Of a stretch of DNA of 64,000 nucleotides, positions 57,705 to 64,000 are shown piece by piece (positions within the stretch are counted from its first letter, which is position 1; each line of letters begins with the position of its first letter). Made by a program: the position numbers and the translations under genes. This DNA comes from an uncultured Bacillales bacterium. GTDB lineage: Bacteria > Bacillota_I > Bacilli_A > RF39 > UBA660. A model generated the notes under the pieces. That model was given only the letters and a program-made list of their open reading frames with translations. It was not told the origin of the DNA and searched no databases. The stretch lies in assembly GCA_946536225.1 (NCBI GenBank), contig CAMNEE010000001.1, forward strand, positions 475,243 through 539,242. Direction: 5' to 3'.

Positions 57705-60700
57705 ATGAAAAAGACCGTTGATGGAAATACTGCTTGTTCTGAAATAGCTTATTTATTTTCAGAAGTAGCTACTATATATCCAATTACTCCTTCAAGTCCC
57801 ATGGCAGATCATGTAGATGCTATGAGTGCAGGAGAAAATTATAATTTATTTAATGATAAAGTACATGTTACTGAGATGGAAAGTGAAGCTGGTGCTGCTG
57901 GTGCTATGCATGGTGCATTAGTAACTGGTTCGCTTGCTACAACATTTACAGCTTCTCAAGGATTATTATTAATGATTCCTAATATGTATAAGATGGCGGG
58001 GGAGTGTTTACCTGGAGTAATACATTGTGCAGCAAGAACTGTTGCTACTCATGCTTTATCTATATTCGGGGACCATGGAGATGTTTATGCAACAAGACAA
58101 ACTGGTTTTTGTATGCTTGCATCATCAAGTGTACAAGATGCACATAATTTAGCTGCAGTTGCTCACTTAAGTGCTATAGAAGGAAGTCTTCCTTTCTTAC
58201 ATTTCTTTGATGGATTTAGAACAAGTCATGAAATAAATGTTATTGAAACACTTAATAATAATGAATTATTAAAGTTAGTTAATAAAGACGCTTTAAGGAG
58301 TTTTAAAGAAAGATCTTTAAATTTAGGCGTTAAAAAGCAAATGGGAATGGCTGAAAATGAAGATGTATATTTCCAATCAGTTGAAGCAAGACAAGAATTA
58401 TACAATAATATACCTGATATTGTTAATAAATATATGATGGCTATTAATAAACTTGCTAAAACTAAATATAAACCATTTAATTACTATGGAGCAAAAGATG
58501 CAACAGAAGTAATTGTTGCTATGGGTTCTGTTAATGATACTGCAAGATTAGTTGTTGATGATTTAAATAGAAATGGTCGTAGAGTTGGTTTAGTTGAAGT
58601 ACATCTATATAGACCTTTTAGTGCAAAATATTTCTTAAAAGTATTACCTGAAACAGTTAAAAGAATAGCTGTACTAGATAGAACTAAAGAATCAGGTTCA
58701 ATTGGTGAACCTTTATACTTAGATGTCTTAGGAGTACTAAAAAATAGTAAAATAAAGGTTGTAGGAGGAAGATATGGATTATCTTCTAAGAATACTACTC
58801 CTGCTCAAATAAAAGCAGTATATGATATGCTTAAGAGTAATAATTTAAAAGAAAGTTTTACTATTGGTATAGTAGATGATGTTACTCATTCTTCTTTAGA
58901 AGTAGATGAAAGTTATACTGTTGATTTAAAAACACTAGAAATGCAAATATATGGTTTTGGTAGTGATGGAATGGTATCTGCTTCTAAAGATATAATTCAT
59001 TTAGTAGGAGATGCTGGAAATTATGTTCAAAGCTATAATGAATATGATTCTAAAAAGAGTGGTGGAGTTACTATTGCTCATCTTCGTTTTGGTCAAAGTC
59101 CTATAAGAGCTCCTTATTATGTTACTAATGCCAATATTGTAGTTGTTACTAAAGATGAATACTTTAGAATGTATGAAATGTTAAATAAGATTAAGAAAAA
59201 TGGTTTCCTTCTTATTAATACAACTAATAAAGAAGAATGTATAAATAAGATGACTAAGAAAGACTTAGATATTATTTCTTCAAGAAATATTACTATTCTT
59301 ACCATTAATGCTGAAAAAATTGCTGAAGAACATGGTATAAAAGGTAAAATATCTAAAATCATGGAAGTAGTTATTCTAAATTTACTATGTCGCTTAAATA
59401 AAAAGAGTTTAGCTGGTGAAGATCCAATTAATCTACTTAATAAGAGTATAAAAGAAGCTTTCCGTACAAAAGGAGAAGACATTGTTAAGAATAATCAAGA
59501 TGCAATTAAAGAAGCACTTGATAGTGTAGAAAAAATAATTGTAAAGGATAGTTTAAATAAAGATTTAAAAGAAGTACCTTTAAGTATATTTGAAAGAATG
59601 AATAAACGTCTAGGAGACTCTTTAACTGTAAGTGAAGTAAAGGCACTAAGAAATGGTGCATTTGAAGGAGACTTAACAAGTAGAGAAAAACGTGGTGTTA
59701 GTTCAAAGGTTCCTAAATGGAATAAAGATAATTGTATTCAATGTGGCATGTGTTCTCTTGTATGTCCTCATGCTGTTATTAGACCTTTCTTACTTGAAGG
59801 TGAAAGTGAAGATGGAATTGAAGCCATGGGAACTAAGGGATATAGATATATCATAAGTATTTCTGAAAAAGACTGTCTTGGATGTGGTTTATGTGCATCT
59901 GTTTGTCCTGGTAAAGCTGGAGCTAAGGCTTTAACTATGGGAGATGCTACATATGAAAAGCAAACGGAAGCAAATAAGTTATTTAAGAATTATGAAAATC
60001 CTAAACTATTTAACAAGTTTACTATTAAAGGTTCTCAATTTGAAAAACCTAAGTTTGAGTTTAGTGGTGCTTGTGCTGGATGTGGTGAAGCTGCCTATAC
60101 TAAATTAATGACTCAGTTATTCGGGGACGAAATAATATATGCTAATGCAACAGGATGTTCTTCTATATATGGAGGAAGTGCTCCTTCTACACCATATTTA
60201 ATTCCATGGGCTAATTCATTATTTGAAGATAATGCTGAATTTGGATATGGAATGCATTTAAGTTTTAAGAATAAACGTAGTCAACTTAAAAATGCTATTC
60301 TTGCAAATATGGATAACTTCAATGAAACAGCAAAACCTCTTATGAAAGAGTTACTTGATAACTTTGAAGATAATCAAAAAACTAAAGAAATATATGAAAA
60401 GTTAGACAAAGTTAAGCTACCTAAGAGAGTTGCTGACTTAAAGGATTATATTAAAAACAGAACTGTTATATGTCAAGGTGGAGATGGCTGGGCATATGAT
60501 ATAGGTTTCAATGGAATTGATCATGTATTATCAAGTGAGGAAAACATTAAAGTAATGGTACTTGATACAGAAGTATATTCTAATACAGGTGGTCAAATGA
60601 GTAAGTCTTCTCATATTGGTCAAGTTGCTCAATTTGCTGGCATGGGTAAAAAGAATCATAAAAAAGATATGTTTAGAATAGCTATGAGTTATCCTAATTG

Positions 60701-61127
60701 TTATGTTGGTACTATTTGTTTAGGTGCTAATATGATGCAAGCAATAAGTGTAATGAAAGAAGCCATGGAGCATAAAGGTCCTGCTATTATAATTTGTTAT
60801 TGTCCATGTATAGAACATGGTATAAAAGGTGGAATGTCTTGTTCTTTACAAGAAGAAAAACTTGCTGTTGAATCTGGTTATGTTCTACTTATGAGATATA
60901 ATCCAGTTACTAATCAAATTATGATGGACTCAAAGATGCCTGATTTTGAAAAATATGATGATTTCTTAAGTAATGAAGTAAGATATAGATCTTTAAAACT
61001 TAAGAATAAGGAAGCTGCAGATGAATTACTTGCTGCTAATAAAGAAGCTGCTATTAATAGATATAAATATTATGTTGATTTAATAAGTCATCAAATAAAC
61101 GAAAATATTCAAGTGACTAAAGCATAG
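57705..61127 (+). CDS. nifJ: Pyruvate:ferredoxin/flavodoxin oxidoreductase
   Basis: IYPITPSS, FFDGFRTSHE, two CxxCxxCxxxCP motifs, GACAGCGE, GGDGWAYDIG, SNTGGQ. Confidence 0.96.
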   Translation: MKKTVDGNTACSEIAYLFSEVATIYPITPSSPMADHVDAMSAGENYNLFNDKVHVTEMESEAGAAGAMHGALVTGSLATTFTASQGLLLMIPNMYKMAGECLPGVIHCAARTVATHALSIFGDHGDVYATRQTGFCMLASSSVQDAHNLAAVAHLSAIEGSLPFLHFFDGFRTSHEINVIETLNNNELLKLVNKDALRSFKERSLNLGVKKQMGMAENEDVYFQSVEARQELYNNIPDIVNKYMMAINKLAKTKYKPFNYYGAKDATEVIVAMGSVNDTARLVVDDLNRNGRRVGLVEVHLYRPFSAKYFLKVLPETVKRIAVLDRTKESGSIGEPLYLDVLGVLKNSKIKVVGGRYGLSSKNTTPAQIKAVYDMLKSNNLKESFTIGIVDDVTHSSLEVDESYTVDLKTLEMQIYGFGSDGMVSASKDIIHLVGDAGNYVQSYNEYDSKKSGGVTIAHLRFGQSPIRAPYYVTNANIVVVTKDEYFRMYEMLNKIKKNGFLLINTTNKEECINKMTKKDLDIISSRNITILTINAEKIAEEHGIKGKISKIMEVVILNLLCRLNKKSLAGEDPINLLNKSIKEAFRTKGEDIVKNNQDAIKEALDSVEKIIVKDSLNKDLKEVPLSIFERMNKRLGDSLTVSEVKALRNGAFEGDLTSREKRGVSSKVPKWNKDNCIQCGMCSLVCPHAVIRPFLLEGESEDGIEAMGTKGYRYIISISEKDCLGCGLCASVCPGKAGAKALTMGDATYEKQTEANKLFKNYENPKLFNKFTIKGSQFEKPKFEFSGACAGCGEAAYTKLMTQLFGDEIIYANATGCSSIYGGSAPSTPYLIPWANSLFEDNAEFGYGMHLSFKNKRSQLKNAILANMDNFNETAKPLMKELLDNFEDNQKTKEIYEKLDKVKLPKRVADLKDYIKNRTVICQGGDGWAYDIGFNGIDHVLSSEENIKVMVLDTEVYSNTGGQMSKSSHIGQVAQFAGMGKKNHKKDMFRIAMSYPNCYVGTICLGANMMQAISVMKEAMEHKGPAIIICYCPCIEHGIKGGMSCSLQEEKLAVESGYVLLMRYNPVTNQIMMDSKMPDFEKYDDFLSNEVRYRSLKLKNKEAADELLAANKEAAINRYKYYVDLISHQINENIQVTKA

Positions 61128-61141
61128 GCTTTAGTCTTTTT

Positions 61142-61170
61142 TTGACAATGAATTATTTAATCTTTATAAT
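61142..61170 (+). promoter_or_regulatory. Consensus sigma-A promoter whose -35 starts in the T-run of the upstream terminator
   Basis: TTGACA, 17 nt, TATAAT. Confidence 0.75.
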
Positions 61171-61196
61171 AAACAAAAAAGAAAGAAGGGATTACT

Positions 61197-61820
61197 ATGA
61201 CTTTATTTGATGATATATGGAAAAGCTCTAGTTCTACAATTTATCACTTTGGTGAACTATGTATTAAAGAATATAATCCTGAGTTACATTTACTTGGTGA
61301 TATAAAGAAATATATCATGGATAGAGATGTATTTGATAAATTAAAACTTGTAGATAATCCTGCTTTTGTTCATTTAATAGATTATAATTTAGATGATAAT
61401 AATTTAATAAAAAACTATATGTATGAGTATATTCCTGCAGTAAAAGAAATACTTCCTCATTTACCTTTAGAATATACTATTGTATCTTTAAGATTCTTAA
61501 TTGATTTAGCAGATCATTTAACTCGAGAAGGAATATATATGTTTGATCCTAATCCAGGAAATGTAATAATAACTCCCGATGGCTTAAGAGTAATAGATGC
61601 TGATCTTTATAGATTTGATAGTTATGATAAAGTATCGTTGAAGAAGTATAATAGAAATATGGCTTTAAGATATGTATTAAATAAATATATTGAAGGAGAT
61701 CCAGTAGTAAATGCTCTTGATCATCCAATTAATCAAGCATTTAGTATAGACCCTAGTAAGTATAAAGATCCTGCAGATGAAGTTTATAAAAGAATAAAAT
61801 CTAGACGTTTTGAAATATAG
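61197..61820 (+). CDS. Small protein-kinase-like domain protein
   Basis: CIKEY (VAIK-like Lys), YMYEYI, GIYMFDPNPGNVII catalytic-loop-like, VIDADLY. Confidence 0.6.
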   Translation: MTLFDDIWKSSSSTIYHFGELCIKEYNPELHLLGDIKKYIMDRDVFDKLKLVDNPAFVHLIDYNLDDNNLIKNYMYEYIPAVKEILPHLPLEYTIVSLRFLIDLADHLTREGIYMFDPNPGNVIITPDGLRVIDADLYRFDSYDKVSLKKYNRNMALRYVLNKYIEGDPVVNALDHPINQAFSIDPSKYKDPADEVYKRIKSRRFEI

Positions 61821-61845
61821 ATTTTATAATTAATTAGGTGGTATT

Positions 61846-62520
61846 ATGTTTGATAGATTAATAAAAATAATTGGAGAAGCAAATTTAAATAAAATAGGTT
61901 CTAAGAAAATATTACTAGTTGGAGTAGGTGGAGTAGGAAGTGCTGCCTTAGAAGCACTTGTTAGAAATGGATTTAATAATATAACAGTAGTTGATATGGA
62001 TACTATTGATATATCTAATTTAAATAGACAATTAATTACTAACTCTACTAACATTGGTTCTCCTAAGGTAAAAGAAGCTGTTTTAAGAGCTAAAACTATA
62101 AGAGAAGATATTCTTATAGAAGGACTTGAAATGATGCTTAACGAGAATAATATTGATGAATTACTTAAGAATAATTATGACTATATAATAGATGCATGTG
62201 ATGATATAAAAGTAAAATATAGTTTAATAGAAAAAACACTTAAGATGGATACTAAGCTTATTACTTGTTTAGGTACAGCTAAGAAGCTTGATATAACTAA
62301 GTTATCTATTACTTCTATTGATAAAACTAATTATGATCCTTTAGCAAGAATACTTAGACATAAATTAAAAGAAAATCATATAAATCCTAAGAAAATTATG
62401 GTAGTGTCTTCAACAGAAGCCCCAATAAAAAGTGCAGGTCTTGGTAGTGCATCTTTTGTACCTAATGCAGCTGGATTATTATGTGTTTCATATATTTTTA
62501 ATGACATAATTAAAAAGTAA
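61846..62520 (+). CDS. tcdA: ThiF-family protein, tRNA threonylcarbamoyladenosine dehydratase-like
   Basis: VGVGGVGS, SNLNRQ, IIDACD, DPLARILR, VSSTE, SASFVP. Confidence 0.85.
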   Translation: MFDRLIKIIGEANLNKIGSKKILLVGVGGVGSAALEALVRNGFNNITVVDMDTIDISNLNRQLITNSTNIGSPKVKEAVLRAKTIREDILIEGLEMMLNENNIDELLKNNYDYIIDACDDIKVKYSLIEKTLKMDTKLITCLGTAKKLDITKLSITSIDKTNYDPLARILRHKLKENHINPKKIMVVSSTEAPIKSAGLGSASFVPNAAGLLCVSYIFNDIIKK

Positions 62521-62574
62521 TTTTAGATGTTCATAGATTAGAAAAATTGTGATATTATTTAATTGGTGAGTATA

Positions 62575-63207
62575 ATGGAATTAAAGGAAATTAAATGTAA
62601 AAATTGTGGAGCTAAATTAAAAATAGAAGAAAAAGAAAGACAAGTTACTTGTGACTTTTGCGGTGCTAAGTTTTCAGTAGAAGATGATTATAATAAAGCA
62701 TATGATACTGTTAAAGGTGCACTCGATGCTCATATGGATACTTTTAAACAAGTTAATAAACTACCAGGTATAAGATATACTAGAATATTCATTATTGTAT
62801 TTACTATTGTAATATTCGGTATAATAATTGCTTTATCTGTTTCTTCATTCATGTCTTTTAATAAGACAAGTAAGAGAATAAATAGTAATGAAAATACTAA
62901 TGAAGTATACTCTAAACAAGTAAAACAAATAGAAATACAAAGTTTTAATGGTCCAATTGAACTAGTAAATGGAAAAAATATAGAGTTACTTATTAGTAAG
63001 ACATTAGATGATATTATTACTTCTAATAAGAAAAATAAAGATCATCAAATTAAAGTTACTTATAAAGATATTTCTACAACAGAAGAAGAGGGTATTGTAG
63101 AAATAAGAGACTCTTTAAAACAAAATAGTTATTATAATGTATCTCTTGATTATGATAATGAAGGATATATAAATAAATTTACAATTACTGATATTGAAAA
63201 GAAGTAG
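62575..63207 (+). CDS. Zinc-ribbon + single-TM membrane protein (paralog 1)
   Basis: CKNCG...CDFCG, TM, C-terminal VSLDYDNEGYINK. Confidence 0.7.
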   Translation: MELKEIKCKNCGAKLKIEEKERQVTCDFCGAKFSVEDDYNKAYDTVKGALDAHMDTFKQVNKLPGIRYTRIFIIVFTIVIFGIIIALSVSSFMSFNKTSKRINSNENTNEVYSKQVKQIEIQSFNGPIELVNGKNIELLISKTLDDIITSNKKNKDHQIKVTYKDISTTEEEGIVEIRDSLKQNSYYNVSLDYDNEGYINKFTITDIEKK

Positions 63208-63269
63208 AGTTCTACTTCTTTTTTTGTTTATATTATTGTGTTAAAATTAAAAAGTAAGGATATGGTATT

Positions 63270-63878
63270 ATGGCGAACATTAAAATTAAATGTAAAAATT
63301 GTGATTCTATTATTGAAATAAATGAAGATAGTGACGTAGTTACTTGTTCTGTTTGCCATGCTACAAATTATATTAACTATACAAAGAATTCATCAGATGA
63401 CAATGAAATATTATTTGATTTTGCAGTACTAAAACATCCTGTTCGAATATTTTTTTATTCAGTGCTTAGTATTTTACTTTTAACTTTCACTGTGATTGGA
63501 ATTACATATTTAAGATTTAATAATAAAAATAATGAAGAAGATAATAATACTAGCGCTATAACAAATGAAGTTACTACAGATGGTACAACTATACCTGATG
63601 AGTATGAAGCAGAGTTTTTTAATAATAAATATACTATATATGAAGGTACTAAAGGTAATGGTATTTTAACACCAATTATTAATAGTGTTATTCTTACTAA
63701 TTCTACCGGGGAACACATAATTGTTATAAATTATAATGGTGTAATATATAAAACTGAAAAAGAACTAAATGAATTAATTAATTTAATCGATAAGTCTAAG
63801 GATTCAGTTATATCATTTAATTATGATAGTGAAGGATTTATTAATACAATTATTATTAATGAAGTGGAGGAAGGATAA
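63270..63878 (+). CDS. Zinc-ribbon + single-TM membrane protein (paralog 2)
   Basis: CKNCD...CSVCH, TM, C-terminal ISFNYDSEGFINT. Confidence 0.7.
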   Translation: MANIKIKCKNCDSIIEINEDSDVVTCSVCHATNYINYTKNSSDDNEILFDFAVLKHPVRIFFYSVLSILLLTFTVIGITYLRFNNKNNEEDNNTSAITNEVTTDGTTIPDEYEAEFFNNKYTIYEGTKGNGILTPIINSVILTNSTGEHIIVINYNGVIYKTEKELNELINLIDKSKDSVISFNYDSEGFINTIIINEVEEG

Positions 63879-63976
63879 TGAAAAAGGTTAATTTTGATAG
63901 TAGTTCATACTTACTTGTGTTTGTTTTCTTCCTAATTATAGCTGTTGGTATTGTTCTTCTTGTTTTTAATTCATAA
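63878..63976 (+). CDS. 32-aa single-TM microprotein (absent from ORF track)
   Basis: GGAGG RBS, TAATG stop/start overlap, MKKVNFDSSSYLLVFVFFLIIAVGIVLLVFNS*. Confidence 0.55.
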   Translation: MKKVNFDSSSYLLVFVFFLIIAVGIVLLVFNS

Positions 63977-64000
63977 ACTTTAAAATTATTTGTTGACACT

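Noticed and set aside
3465-63718. All minus-strand ORFs and short alternative-frame plus-strand ORFs in the track (for example 3465-3812, 16757-17050, 40658-40876, 59117-59482, 1798-1995, 21729-21914)
   Set aside because: They overlap well-supported + strand genes, have no evident RBS or recognisable motif, and read as antisense shadows of AT-rich codons.
1-64000. Alternative genetic code (TGA = Trp) as in mycoplasmas
   Set aside because: Conserved genes are uninterrupted with TGG for Trp, and TGA ends genes at expected positions (pssA 7638, ybeY 43421).

Overview
A 64-kb stretch of a very AT-rich, low-GC Bacillota chromosome. It uses the standard genetic code (TGA is a stop), and gene content and style suggest a reduced-genome Bacilli lineage such as RF39; that assignment is inference only. 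All credible genes (about 60) lie on the + strand. Most carry their own sigma-A promoter and intrinsic terminator. The backbone is housekeeping: pflB/pflA, rbgA, rnhB, topA, hemW, rpsU, yqeY, ybeY-era-recO, mscL, pdp, PFOR, tcdA and a 6S RNA missed by the ORF track. An accessory block at about 15-29.6 kb and single inserted genes interrupt it. Best signals: (1) three degenerate copies of the rbgA RBS/first codons plus a duplicated terminator-promoter separate tiny integrase-less gene units just upstream of rbgA, suggesting repeated site-specific cassette accretion, and the last unit is bracketed by a pair of inverted 28-bp dyad sites; (2) four dispersed type IV prepilin-like genes with one conserved pilin domain and swappable C-terminal adhesin-like domains; (3) orphan or effector-like enzymes (ART-like, NUDIX, ADP-ribosylglycohydrolase, kinase-like, GNAT, hydrolase) that often end in a short basic tail; (4) a cytidylate kinase fused in frame to a minimal alanyl-tRNA synthetase; (5) a 26-aa leader peptide/attenuator before an ABC exporter. 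No CRISPR array, rRNA, tRNA, integrase or transposase was seen. All family assignments come from motif recognition by eye, not from database searches.
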